From the NCBI GenBank assembly GCA_012295275.1, contig CM022678.1, positions 11,346,001-11,410,000 of the forward strand: 64,000 nt of DNA. Direction: 5' to 3'. Position 1 is the first letter of the stretch. Every line of letters starts with the position of its first letter. This DNA is from Chrysomallon squamiferum (Eukaryota; Animalia; Mollusca). The notes beneath the pieces were generated by a model. That model was not told where the DNA came from. It made no database searches and was given only the letters and a program-made list of their open reading frames with translations. Of this stretch, positions 11,381 through 25,550 are shown one piece after another. A program made the translations under genes and the position numbers.

Positions 11381-13248
11381 TTTAATGCACATTAATGTGT
11401 TCACTTTATCTTGTTCCACACAGTGCTCCATACACAGTAACAGTACATATCATTTATGTTATGTTACATTTCAGTATTTCATCAGTTAATCAATATACTT
11501 TGTTATTCATTGATTGTCTCATTTCTGCTGTGTGTGTATTTATCCATTCATTCTTTCATTCGTTCATTTATTCATTTGTAAGTAGTAATAATCTTTTTAA
11601 AAAATTCTGAATTAATCTTTTCTAAAACTATTTCAAAAATAGATCTATGTGTGTGAAAGGAAAATAAAATTGATTAATTAATTTTTGACAGTAACTAAAC
11701 AGATACATTTTTTTTTTTAAATTGATTCCAATCTGAAATAAAATTAATCAATTAAGAATAGTAAAAAATAAATAAATAAAAACAATTCAAATGTGGAATA
11801 GAATTGACAAAGAAATTGTTTAAAATTAATAACAGAAATACACAATGAAAATAAATAAATAAATAAATAAGATTTAAACAAATTTAAAAACAAACAAATA
11901 CAAAATAATTAAACAAAAGCTAAAAAAAAATAATTATAACATTTTTAAAAACAAAATTAATAAAAGAAATCATTTATATATTTATTTATTTATTTATTTA
12001 CAAGACAGAATCGTTAAACTCTGTGACACTGAAAACCTTCACAACAAGAATCAATGTTGAGAAATTTCATTTACAACACATTTTTAACTTAATCCCGCTT
12101 CAAAAATATTTGCACCCGAATATTTCTTTTACTTACAGGCACCACGTGCTGCTTGTTATCGCCTCAGTTTGCTGTCACAGATGCATAATTCTAAACAGAG
12201 GCAAAAATTTTTCTTTTCTTTCGAACTCAGTTTATTGTAATCATTGACCAGAGTTACTTCTTCGCTTTCATCTGTTACCAGCGAAAGAAAAGTGTAAAAA
12301 GTTTTACATCAATAACTCCGTAACAATGGGCAATAGGTATATATATTTATGTGTGTATATTTATATATATATATATATTTATTTTAATATGAATGGATTG
12401 TGCCAGCTTGGTTGGTGGCTAAAGTATATTGTGTGTGTTGGCATTTTGTCAGTTTTTGATGTAAATTCTGAGTCGCTATGGTTGATAATGAGAAATGTTC
12501 GGGTAAGTGTTTGAAAAAAAAAGGAAAAGTTAATTTGAAAACAAAATTTTTAGTTTTGAGTTTTAATTATTAGTTTGTTCCGTTTTAATTTTTTTTTAAA
12601 AATTTTTAAATTATTCATTATTTTAAAAGAAAAATACTGACTTGTTTTTATTCATTTTTTTTCTTAAAATTTGAATTCATTGCTTTTTAATCTTTCTCTT
12701 GTGTTTTGGTGTTGTTGTTTTATTTCAAATAATTATTAAATTGTTTTGCTGCTTGATATTATTTTGTTCAGTATTTCTTCAAATTTTTGCTCAAATTCAT
12801 GCTACATATTAATTAATTTTATTTAATTATATATATATTTAATATTATTATATATATTAATAGTTTTAAAATAAAACAAATATTCACCCATTCCTTTATT
12901 TCATGTGCTGTGAAACAGTTTTTGATCAAAATGCTAAATTAATTTATGACAAAAGAAAGAAAATACACATTTTATTGTTATTTACATTTTATTTCATTCA
13001 GTTTACTTTATTTCATTTATTTATTATTTTTCATTTATTGCTGTTGTTATTAAACTGTTGCTATGATTATTGATGTTATTAATGTTATTATTACTACTAC
13101 TGTTAGTGCAACTATTACTATTATTACTGTTGTTCTTTTTTCACAAAACAACAAAAAGGAGAATTAAATAAAATAAAAAATAATTTTTGGTAAATTTATA
13201 GATATAATTATTTTATTCACCAAATGAAAAAAACAGAAAGAAAATAAC

Positions 13249-13283
<35 letters not shown>

Positions 13284-13745
13284 TGCACACAATAATAAAT
13301 AAATTGTAAAATAAAGTGATATTTTGGGCCACTATCTTTGTAACAGAAGATTCATTTTTTATATTTAGTACCACCAAGTATCAAAATATTACTCTAATTA
13401 ATTAATATTAATATTGAACAAGCCAGACAGACAAACGGATCTGCAAAACAAGGGTACATTTGTAAAATAGTTTACACATATTGTTTGGCGCTGCACTTTG
13501 CTGTAATTAACATTAATAATTCTTTTGAATTCACTTTTCCTGTTAAACGTACAGGGAGTTTGGCTACGCGGCCACCATTTTAATGGATTAACATTAAACA
13601 GATCTTTAAAATTAATCCCCGGGGATAATCTCTCACTTGATCTATCTCAATAAACTTCAAGAAAAAGGTGCTGTTGACGAATGTTTGTTTCGAGCGAAAG
13701 CGTAATGAGGTCCCATTTGCAAATTAATTAACAAGACTGTGAAGA

Positions 13746-13856
<111 letters not shown>

Positions 13857-14305
13857 TGTAACTAGTGAATATAGGTGTACAGTGATACATTGATGTCCAA
13901 ACTCAACTTAACAATTTATGTACATATACTTATTTAGTTACCTATCTATTTAGTTTTTTAATTTATATAGTTACTTATTTAGTTACTTATCTACTTAGTT
14001 ATTTAACTGTGTACTTATTTAGTAACTTACATTCTTAGTTATTTAATTATTTACTTATTTACTTACTTACCTACTTAGTTATTTTTATTTATTTATTCAC
14101 TTACCTATTTAGTTACTTACTTAGTTATTTAATTACTTACTTATTTAGTTACTATATATTTGGTTAATTATTAATTTTGTTTATTTCTTCATAATTCTTT
14201 CTGTCATTTGTTGTTATTTGTTCTTTCTTTCTCCTTTGTTTTTACTGTTTCAGTCATTCCTTTCTTGTGTTTATTATTATTATTATTATTTTTTTTTTTT
14301 TTTGA

Positions 14306-14525
14306 AATTGAGAACTTTAGTTATAAATAACCTTGTTTTAAAGACATCCTATATTAAACATTGTGTGTTTAGTTGCTGTTTGTTTTCTAAATTAAGAACT
14401 TGATTTATAAATAACTTTATTTTGAAAGAAATTCTATTTTAAATTTTGTGTATTTTGTTGTTGTTTGTTTTCCAAATTGAGAACTTGAGTTACAAATAAC
14501 ATTCTTTCAAAGAAATTCCTTATTA
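14306..14525. repeat. Diverged ~84-bp tandem repeat, 3 copies
   Basis: AAATT(G/A)AGAACTT...AAATAAC recurs at about 14306, 14388 and 14474. Confidence 0.8.
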
Positions 14526-15394
14526 ATTTTTAACTGATTTTTGTTTTTGGTATTACTTAAAAAAAAAAAAAAAAAAAAAAATATTACAAAAGAAAATTAA
14601 AAAGGACAATGGGTGCAAAATGTCACACTGCGGTGTTACATTTTTTTCTCCAGTCTCTTTGAAATGTTTCTTTTCTTGCTTCTTCACAAATCTAATTTTA
14701 CCAAATCACACATTGACAGGACAACACCTTCCAAGTGTTTTCAGTGTCTGCCGACCACATTAGAGGAAAACAGATTAACTTTGTCTGCCTGCGAATTAGA
14801 ACAATTCTTATATCGCTGTTTCCATTGTCTCAAAAAGAGAGTTCGACCGTTTCTTTCGAATTGGCTCTCGAGCGGAATGATTGCACTCAGAGTCGACTCT
14901 GAGATCAAAAAGAAAAATATCTTTGTTGATAATTTTTTGACAAATTTTTGTCGTTATTTTTTGCAAGTTGTTGTGAAGTGGAAAATATGATTTCTGATTG
15001 TGACTTGGTAATTAAAAAAACACAGCAGCTGAAGTCAAAGTCGTCTCGTGTTGAAGATAAATATTTAATTTGAGTTTTTTTAAATCAAATCTGGAAGGCA
15101 GAGGTTTATATTACAGTTGTTTAAAAAAGAGAACAGACAGCATTCAGTGGTTCCCTTAGGTCTCTGGATCAACCCTTCGTATCTCCAGTGAACTATTTTT
15201 GTCCCAGTCTGGAAAATTATAAATTGTTTTTTTTCCCCAGAGGTTGTGGTCTATACTGCACTATTTGCTGTTATTTATACAAATAATTGTTAGAAGATGA
15301 TAAATTGTTTTTTTTCAAAGATTGTGGTATGTACTGTACTGTTTGATGGAATATAAAAATAATTGTTAGTATTTATTGATATTGTTATCATTAC

Positions 15395-15428
<34 letters not shown>

Positions 15429-15718
15429 CATTATTATATTATTATCATTATTATATTATTGTTATTATTGCAATTTGTGTTGTTGTTGTCACAATCATTG
15501 TCACAGTTGTAGTTTAAACAGATGTGTTGTGTGAGTTAGGTCAGCTCACTGTGAGAAATCTTTAACTCACACTTTCTAGTTCAGTGTACACTCTCTTTGT
15601 TTTTCTCTTTAAATATTTCTTATTTCAGTCTTACGCTTTTAATCTCTCCATCTCTCTGTCTTTCTCATTCTTTCTGTCTTTCATTATCTTGCTAACTCAC
15701 TCTTTTTCTATTTCAAAA

Positions 15719-15821
<103 letters not shown>

Positions 15822-16521
15822 ACCACTGTCATATTTTAACAAATTATGATGAGAAAATTCAGTTTAGATTGCTTCACCCTGGTGGTTGTCTAATTCAATA
15901 AACCGAAAGCTCTGTGTGTCCGTGTGTGTGTGTGTGTGACAGAAATTACCTCCAGCGGAGAAGAGCTCTCTAAAGACAGGTAATTACAAAGGGCTGACTT
16001 GGCAGGGAGCTGGTTTTTCTGGGACCCAGGCACACAAATTCGCGGAGCCGCAAAAATCAAAACAAAATCATCAACTCCTCATTCCTAATAACTGTTTGCA
16101 ATCTGACCAGTCCCCCCAGGGCTGCTGACCAGTGGTCAGAATTTCATTTCCGCTCCGTCCCCAGTGGTCAGTCAGTGTTGTCCATCTGGCTGGATGTAAT
16201 AAAAACGGGAAAGAAGAAAAGCAAACAAAGCTGATATTATTGGTTTTTCTTCTCACTGTGTCCAGTTTTCTTCTGTGTGTGTGGTAAAGTCTTGACTTTG
16301 TTTTTGAAAAGTAATGAATAGGTAATAATAGTAATAGCAGTGGTGTAATGTTAATTACAATAATGACAGTATTAGTGATATTAATAATAATAGAAGTGAC
16401 AGTAATAATAACAGTTATAATAACAGTAATAATAGTACTAGTATTATAATAATAATAATAATAATAGTAGTGATAGTAATAATAAAACAACAATAATAAC
16501 AGTAAATAATAGTACTAGTAT

Positions 16522-16556
<35 letters not shown>

Positions 16557-17091
16557 GTATTAGTAATAATAGTAATAAAATATTAGTAATAATAATAATA
16601 GTAGTGATAGTAATAATAAAACAACAATAATAATATTAGTAGTAATACTAATAATAAAAGAAATAACAATAATGATAATAAATTATAATTATAATTATAA
16701 TAATGACATAGTAATAATGTATTAATAATAATAACAACAATACTATTTATAACAGAAATAACAATAGCAATAAAGGTAATAATAAAAAGAACCTGAAAAA
16801 TAAAATAATAACATTTGGTAGGAATAAAAACATGAATGTGATTTTTATTAGTTTTTGTCTGTGTGTACATTAGTATGATATGTGTGTCTGCATGTATCTT
16901 TGTGCAAGTAAAAAATATAAAAAATCTTTGTATAATTTCATTTCTGTATTAAAGTAGGTATCTGTCTTGTTGTCTGTGTGTCTGTAAGTATGTAGATTTA
17001 TTTAAATGTTTGTGTGTGTGCTGTTCTTACTTTAACTGTCTGTTCATCTGTAGATGTGTATGTTATTTTGATAATGGATACTGACATCGAA

Positions 17092-17122
<31 letters not shown>

Positions 17123-19128
17123 TATTACATACAAACTCTTGAAGCAGTATTGAAATGAAAATGTCTTGTTTTAACATTAGACATATCAAACTCGGACATC
17201 CTGAATGAAAGCTAAACATCTACTCTGTAATGACAGTTAAATTGAATAATGTTGCCATGGTTGCATCAAATTTGAATGAAAATGCTATGATTTTTACATA
17301 ACAACCTTTCAGTGTGTGTGCTTAGTGCTGTCTGTCTGTCTACAGCATTCGTTTTTATTTGTCTGTTTTTCTGTTTGTGTGTTTGTTCTTTATTTGTTAT
17401 TAATTAATTTCTTCATTTATTGATTTATTTAGTTATTTAATTTATTTATTATTTTTTATTTGTTTGTTTTTAGTTGGTTTATTTATTTGTTTATTTTGTT
17501 TTCATTTATAAAATTAATTATGTATTTATTTATTTACATTTATTTATTTATCTTAATTTTAAAAATTATTTTTTTTTTTTTTTTCAGTTTGTTTATTTAG
17601 TTATTTTATTTTTATTTATTTATAATTTTTTTGTGTATAAATGTAGATGAATTTTTGAATATTTTGATACTATACTTTTATTATTAATGCTGTTATAGTT
17701 ATATAAAAATCTTTTAAATTTATCAAATCAAACAGTTTTAATCTTATTATTTTATCATTCTACAAATAAACTAAAAAAACATACATTGTCTCTTTTAAAT
17801 AAACTTTTAACTAATTCCTTTTTCTAAAACAAAATAAAAAAAAAAAAACCCTCAACAAATTTATAAAATAAAAATAAAATAAAAATAAAAATAATTTAGA
17901 AATCTTCGGGTGTTTGACTTTCTCAGACAAAACGGATGTTACAGATTCTCTGTGCTCATTACTTGTTGATGATGCATTGTGGGATTGCAGTGTTTTCAAA
18001 TGTCAGAGGATATTAGACAAACTCCCTGGACAGACACTCGGACAAAACGCTTCTCTCTTCAGTTCACACGCACTAAAATATCATCATCATCATCATCATT
18101 GTTCTTGTTATTATAAAATTTGAAAAAATAAAAATATAACAAAAAATTAAAAAATGTAAATTTCTAAGGAAAGATTAAAATTAAAGATTAAAATTAAAGA
18201 TTAAGATGCAATTGCAACAAAATAAATGATAAAAACATTAAAAACAATTAAAATTTTCAAAGACAAAAAAAAAAATTATAACAGTTTTTTTTATAATCAG
18301 TAGCTTACTAAAACATGATTAAAAGAAAAAAAAAAAAAAAAAAAAATCATTTGAACCTACTTGCAAGAGAATCTGAAAAAATAAAAAAATAAAAAAATAA
18401 AAAAGTAAAAAACATTTCTGTTACAGTGAAACAGCAGACTGCTGATGATTGGTTTTTTTGTCAGCCTCTGTCTCGTTTCCAACTGGTTCTCTTGAAAAAA
18501 AGGGAGGAGTGTAATGATTAGCTGTTTTACTGTTAAAAAAAACAACTCTTCACTGATGCAACCAGAAGCTGAAAAAACGATATTGATCAGACGCCAGTGA
18601 AATGAGCTCTCAGAGAGAGACAAACATGGCTGACTGTGATTGGACTCTGTGTCTGGTTTTGTCGTCGTCAAGGACAGCCTACAGTTGTGTTTTCTCTGTC
18701 TTAGCTGTTTTATTGTTTCCAATGACAGTGGGAAAATGTTGAAAGTTTTTTTTATGTGGAGAAAATGAAACAACTGAACATGAGATGTAAAATTTATTTA
18801 TTATTTGGTTAGATTGTTTTTGGATTGGTTTTGGGTTTATTTTTGTTCTTTGTTTATTTATTTGTTTGTTTATTTGTTTATTTATTTGTTTATTTATTTG
18901 TTTATTTGTTTATTTATTGATTGATTTGTTTGTTTGTTTATTTTTTTATGCATTTCTTTTTTGTTACATTTGTTCATTTTCTTTTTAATTATTTTTCATT
19001 TGTTTGTTTATTCATTTATATATTAATTAATTAAACTATTTTTAAACTCCTTTCTCAGTGAGTTATTTGAGTGTGTATATGAGTATGTGTGTGTGTGCAT
19101 GCATGTTATTTGTTAGATTGATTTTAAG

Positions 19129-19160
<32 letters not shown>

Positions 19161-19324
19161 GTCATTATTTATGTATTTTTTATAACACACACAGACATGC
19201 ATATATACACAAACCAATATCAAGACACATGTTCACACACATACACACACACGGATGCACACATAATTACACTCAGACACACATAAACATAAACACATAC
19301 AACCACCATTTATATATTTGTCCC

Positions 19325-19580
19325 CATTCATTCATTCATCTGTCCATCCATCTATTCTTTCATCTATCCATCCATCCATCTACTCATTCATCTATCCATC
19401 CATCCATCTATTCATCCATCCATCCATCCATCCATCTATTCATTCATCCATCCATCCATCATCATATTCATTCATCCATCCATCCATCCATCCATCCATC
19501 TATTCATCCATCCATCCATCCATCCATCTATTCATTCATCCATCCATCTATCCATCCATCTATCCATCCATCCATCTACA
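19325..19580. repeat. (CATC/CATT/CTAT)n tetranucleotide tract
   Basis: Visible. It gives the 'SIHP' artefact ORFs. Confidence 0.95.
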
Positions 19581-19599
19581 TCTTTTCGTCCACTTTTAA

Positions 19600-19940
19600 C
19601 AAAATATTCGCGTGTCCCATATTTCACTGGTGAAATAATCAGCTGTGTGATGTAACGAGTGCTCTGATTGGCTGCTGTAACAGATATGTGTTCACTTCTA
19701 ATTGGCTGATTAACCGACTGGGCGGAGTTACGTAACACCAGCCTTGGTCAAAAAAAAAAAAAAAAAGAAAAAAAAAAAAACGCAACAGAACTAAAATTAG
19801 GTTATTCAAAAATGTGTCTGGTGATGTAATAACAATAATAACATTATTGTTATTGATCTGTCTGCAAGGAAGTGGGTTACCAAGGAAAAAAAAAAAAAAA
19901 GATGATTAGATCTTTCTCGTTTCCATGGTTACATAAGAAC
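19600..19940. promoter_or_regulatory. Promoter-like module: two CCAAT boxes, GC box, PAR-bZIP palindrome and RFX X-box
   Basis: ATTGG at 19667 and 19701 (34 bp apart, both followed by CT), GGGCGGAG 19720-19727, GTTACGTAAC 19727-19736, and GTTTCCATGGTTAC 19919-19932. Confidence 0.55.
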
Positions 19941-20065
19941 TGAGGAAAGGGATAACACAATTTTTTTTTGGTTGCCAGACAGACAGACACAAAAAAAAAA
20001 GTGTTTTGGCAAAGTCTTGTTGTTTTCATGTTGGGTGTTGACAACTTCAGGGTGGAAGAGCGACT

Positions 20066-20114
20066 GGGGCTGGGGTGAGGGTTGGGTTTGGGATTGGGAC
20101 ACTGGGTGCGGGGG
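20066..20114 (+). other. G-quadruplex-forming motif (8 G-tracts)
   Basis: GGGGCTGGGGTGAGGGTTGGGTTTGGGATTGGGACACTGGGTGCGGGGG fits the G3+N1-7 pattern twice. Confidence 0.7.
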
Positions 20115-20511
20115 TTTGAGTATGATGGGGGGTACAGAAAATGGGAGAAGTGATGATATTTTTTTTTGTAGGATTTGTTTTGGTTTCTTTTTATTTTATT
20201 TTTTACTTTTAAAAATGATTTAGAAATGTGTTTATGTGTATATGTACATGTGTGTGTATGTATGTGTGTTTGTGTACGAATGTGTATATATATGTATGTA
20301 GGTGTGTGTGTGTATGTGTGTGTGTATGGATATATGTTTATATATATATGTGTGTATGTTTATGTGTATATATATGTTTGTGTATATGGATATATATATA
20401 GGTGTGTGTATATGTGTGTTTCTGTGTATACATGTATGTGTGTATGCATGTCTTGCATGTATGCATATGTTTGTATGTTTGTGCATGTATGAATGTAATA
20501 AATAACAAACT

Positions 20512-20570
<59 letters not shown>

Positions 20571-20601
20571 ACTCTCTGTCTCTCTCACTCTCTCTAACCT
20601 C

Positions 20602-20662
<61 letters not shown>

Positions 20663-20669
<7 letters not shown>

Positions 20670-20773
20670 TTAATATCAGACTAAACTGTGTGTACCCTAC
20701 ACCACACAGCACTGACACCATTGATTAACCTAACAGCACACTAGTGTGATACCAGTGTTATTACACTCATCTT

Positions 20774-20834
<61 letters not shown>

Positions 20835-20939
20835 TTAATATCATACTAAACTGTGTGTACCCTACACCACACAGCACTGACACCATTGATTAACCTAACA
20901 GCACACTAGTGTGATACCAGTGTTATTACACTCATCTTA

Positions 20940-21007
<68 letters not shown>

Positions 21008-21073
21008 GCACTGACACCATTGATTAACCTAACAGCACTCTAGTGTGATACCAGTATTATTACACTCATCTTA

Positions 21074-21112
<39 letters not shown>

Positions 21113-21218
21113 TTAATATCAGACTAAACTGTGTGTACCCTACACCACACAGCACTGACACCATTGATTAACCTAACAGCACACTAGTGTGATACCAGTG
21201 TTATTACACTCATCTTAC
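20663..21218. repeat. Composite tandem repeat: ~113-bp unique unit separated by variable (CT)n, 4 copies (third 5'-truncated)
   Basis: Near-identical units CACACACTTAATATCAGACTAAAC...ACACTCATCTTAC start at about 20663, 20828, 21002 (partial) and 21107. Confidence 0.96.
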
Positions 21219-22329
21219 GAATTCTCTTCTTTTTTTTTTTCACTGTTGCAATTAACAACAATTGAGCATCGTCATTGCTCGCCGTCTGACAGCAGAAACA
21301 AAAACAAAAACGCCGATGTAAAAACAAAAACTTTGTGCCGCCCGCTGTTGAACTGATTACTTCATCGTCGCAGTCTGAAAGCTTGACACCTAAAACGAGA
21401 CATTCGAAAAAGTGCCGTGTGATTGAGTTTGTGAATTTTTGTGATTGGTTTTTGTGAAAAATAGCAACACGACTGGTTCAGTCTGGTTTCCAGTGTGAAA
21501 TTTGTTTTTGGTTTTATTCGCTTGCGTAGAAGAATGATTATTTAGTAGACTGATATGAATTTGGTGATGTTGATGATGATGTTGGTGATGATGGTGATGC
21601 AAAGAGTAATTTTCCAATGATGATGCGATAATAAAAATATTATGATGTGATGATGATGATCATTGTGTTGCTGAATGATGATCTGATGATTTGATGATGT
21701 TGATGATGTTATCTAATGTTTCTTAATTGTCTTTTGTGACTTATTTCTATGTAAGAGAAGAATAATTTTTATTTCCTTATTTGTTTGTTTGTTTGCTTAT
21801 TTATTTATTTATTTATTTGTTCAGTTTCCTTCTATTTTTTTATTTTTATTAATTCTGATTTATTTATTATTTTAAAATATTTTACATTAATTTTGATTTA
21901 TTTATTATTTTTAAATATTTTACATTAATTTCTATTTATTTATTATTTTTAACTATTTTACATTTTTCATTTTTTCCCCCTTTCTTTCTTTCATTTACTT
22001 ATTTCTTCCTTTTTTCATTTACTCCCTCATTCATTCTTCCATCCTTCCTTTTTTTCTTTTCCTTTTCCTTTTCCTTTTACTATTTTACAAGTGAGATTTT
22101 TGCTATAAATAACTGTGTTGTATAAGGATATTACGTCAGACACATACTACAAATATACACACACACACAGTGATGTAATATCTGTACATCATGACTTTCT
22201 TAGCCTTGCTAAAACAGATGGGAACCAGACTCTCAGGTTAGGATATCTCTTACAACTGCCAGGTTCTCCGAACACAACTTTGGACTGAGTTTTATATAGA
22301 GGTGTTGAATATATATGTATGTATATGTG

Positions 22330-22345
22330 TATGTGTGTGTGTGTT

Positions 22346-22433
<88 letters not shown>

Positions 22434-22501
22434 TGTGTGTGTGTTTAAATAATACTAACAATGACAGAGACATTTGACTTTTTTCTGAACAAGAAAATAA
22501 A

Positions 22502-22550
<49 letters not shown>

Positions 22551-22573
22551 TTAATAGAAATAGTAATAGTAGC

Positions 22574-22631
<58 letters not shown>

Positions 22632-22740
22632 GAAATAGTAATAGTAATAGTAGCAATAATAATAATAATAATAATAATAGTAGTAATTATAATAATGATG
22701 ATATATAATAATAATGATGGTGATGATGATAACAATAACA
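22330..22740. repeat. Compound (TG)n then (ATA)n microsatellites
   Basis: Visible. Source of the poly-L/I/HT ORFs. Confidence 0.95.
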
Positions 22741-22828
22741 TTTAAACATTCTTTTATTAAAAGATCTCAAACCCCCAAAATATATAAACAAACAAACAAA
22801 CAAACAATATTTCTCTGAATTAACAAAC

Positions 22829-22862
<34 letters not shown>

Positions 22863-23228
22863 AAGAAGTCACTAAACCGAAGTCCTGCTTTAAACTGCGG
22901 CACCTCCCCCTCCTCTGTAGCTCCCCTCCCCCTTTCACCCCTCCCCTCCTTCAGCCCTCCCCTCCCCTTGTGCTCTGCCCTGGACAGTTTAAAAAGGACT
23001 GCAGCTGGCCCAGTGAGCGAGGTAACAAAACCTGGTTATTACACGGCCACTGGTTGCATAACACTCAGATTGCTGTGCTTATGCAACATCAGGAAATAAA
23101 AATACTGGGAAAAAAAAATAAAAATAAAAAGGAAAAAAAATGGACTGTTGCTATGACGTTCAGCAGCCAGATTTGGTAAACTTCATTCATCAGAAAGCAG
23201 AGGTTTGATATCTGCGCTCATGAGTGAA

Positions 23229-23263
<35 letters not shown>

Positions 23264-23412
23264 TTGTTTTGTTTTGTTAAATAATCTGTGTGTTAACGTT
23301 TCTTTCTTACAATGTGGCTGTTACAAGATCTGTTACTGATGTCTGGTTCCTTCCTTGGCTTCATTCTGTAAATAGAAGTGTGAGAATGTATGGATGGATG
23401 GATGAATGAATG

Positions 23413-23484
<72 letters not shown>

Positions 23485-24194
23485 TAAACACATGGGTGAA
23501 TGGTCACGATGAAAAATGCATAACTAATAAATTAACAACATTTTTTTTAATATATGCTGAAAAGAAAACATTTATTCATAATTTTAAATAATTCAAAATA
23601 ATCAAAATAAAAACTAAAATAATTTTTTTATAAAGAAAGAAAATAATATTTTCATATTTTATATAATGTATGAAAATTTGATTATGAAACAGAAATAGCA
23701 GTAATCATAACAATGGTAATAACAAAATAATAATAGTAATAATAACAACAATAAGATTAACAGTAATAATAATAATAGTAATACTACTACTACTACAGTT
23801 ACTTATAGTAATAATAACAATAATAAGACAGTAAAAATAATGACAATATAATAACAATAATAACAACAATAACAAAAGTATAAAAAAGCAGAAACAGATG
23901 AGGAAATGAAAGGAGGTCAGGCAGGTTTCATTGAAATGATGGAGATCAGAAAAAGTAATTTCTTTGTAAACTGCTCCGTTCAATTCTCCATCATGTATTT
24001 ACATTCTGTGCAGAAGTAGAAAATAATTATTTACAGTAATCAAGACTGACCACTGGTCAGTGTCACTTCTACAGCCTCCTCCCAACTTGACCACTGGGAA
24101 AAAAAAAAACCTCTTCCTGGAGTCAAATTATTTATTCTTTCATTCCTTCTTTCCTTCTTGTCTTTCTTTTTATTGTTCTGTATTACTGTCTTTT

Positions 24195-24263
<69 letters not shown>

Positions 24264-24511
24264 ACACTTGTCTGTCTATCTATCAATCTATCTCTTTCCA
24301 TCTATCTATCAATCTATCTATCTAACAATCATTTTTTATGTATTTATCTAATTCTTTCAGTCACTGACCCTTTTTTTTTTTTTTTTTTTTTTTTTTCTGT
24401 TTCTCTATCTCTTTATTTAATCTGCTTATTACATCAAGAAACAGAAACGGAGAGAAAGATAGAAGGAAAAAAGAAGCGAGAGATGGTGATGTATGTGTGT
24501 GTGTGTGTGTG

Positions 24512-24550
<39 letters not shown>

Positions 24551-25009
24551 AGGGAGAGATAACACAAGAGTCAAGCAGGAAACTAAAGAGATTAAAAAAG
24601 AAAAAGAAAAAAGACTTGATGCTGAGTAAAAACCCGAGTGAGAAATGAAAAATTCATCAGTCCAGCGCTGGCTTTGCAGTTCCCCCAAGATTGGTTATAT
24701 CACCTCACAGCAACATTGCATGCGGCCAGAATAGCCATTGGTCACTCGCTGGCCTGTCTGATAACACACTTTTGGGAAAAAGCAGTGGTCAGCTACGTTT
24801 GATTACAGAGAGTGGCTGAAGGCTGAACACCAGCTGACCAGTGCGTTACATCACTGAATGGCCGAGCAGCAGTATGATCATATATCTGTGCACTGGACAG
24901 GGCAGTGGTCACTCCGGAGGTGGTCAGCTCTTTTACTTTGAGAAGCAGTTGTGATATTAAGTTTTTGTTTTTTTCTCTCTCTGGACAATGGTTGTGTGGT
25001 AATTCTCAG

Positions 25010-25550
25010 CTTAAACATGACAGCCATTGCTTGTATCAAAGGTACGGTTTTTTATTTCTTGTCTTTTTTTACTTAGTGGTACGATGGTTTTTGATGTTTT
25101 TTGTATCACATTAGCTCACTGGTCTCTTTTTGTTTTTTTTATGATTAGTGGTGTCATGATGATGTTGATGATGATGTTTGTTGTTGTTGTGTCACATGAA
25201 TAGCTCACTGGTTTTTAAAAAAAAAATTGTTTAGCAAATGATGATGATGATGATGTTGTTGTATCAAATATATAGTTCTCATCAGATGTACAGCTCTTTG
25301 GTTGGTTTTTTATTTTTCTTTATTTAGTAAAGGATGATGTTGATGTTGTTGTAGCAGATGTTTAGTTCTCTGCTTTTTAATTTTTTTTTTGACTTAGTGT
25401 ACAACGATGATGTTGTTATATCAGATACACGATTTTTCTGCATTTATTTTTTTTTTTACTTAGTGAATGATGATGTTGATGTTGTTGTTGTTGTATGAAA
25501 TGTTTATTATGTTCTGTTTTCTGAATGATGATGTATGATGCTGATGTTTG
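25010..25550. repeat. Highly diverged ~60-80-bp tandem repeat (GATGATGTTGTTGTATCA...TTTTACTTAGT)
   Basis: Recurrent GATGATGTTG..GTATCA and TTTT..CTTAGT motifs in the same order. Confidence 0.6.

Noticed and set aside
12308-12322. Partial resemblance to remembered conserved miRNA sequences (also ~36200, ~57229, ~61970)
   Set aside because: Only 11-15-nt partial matches from memory, with no convincing precursor hairpin. Expected by chance.
17914-18123. Protein-like ORF (DKTDVTDSLCSLLVDD...)
   Set aside because: No codon bias, no clear donor site, and no recognisable family.
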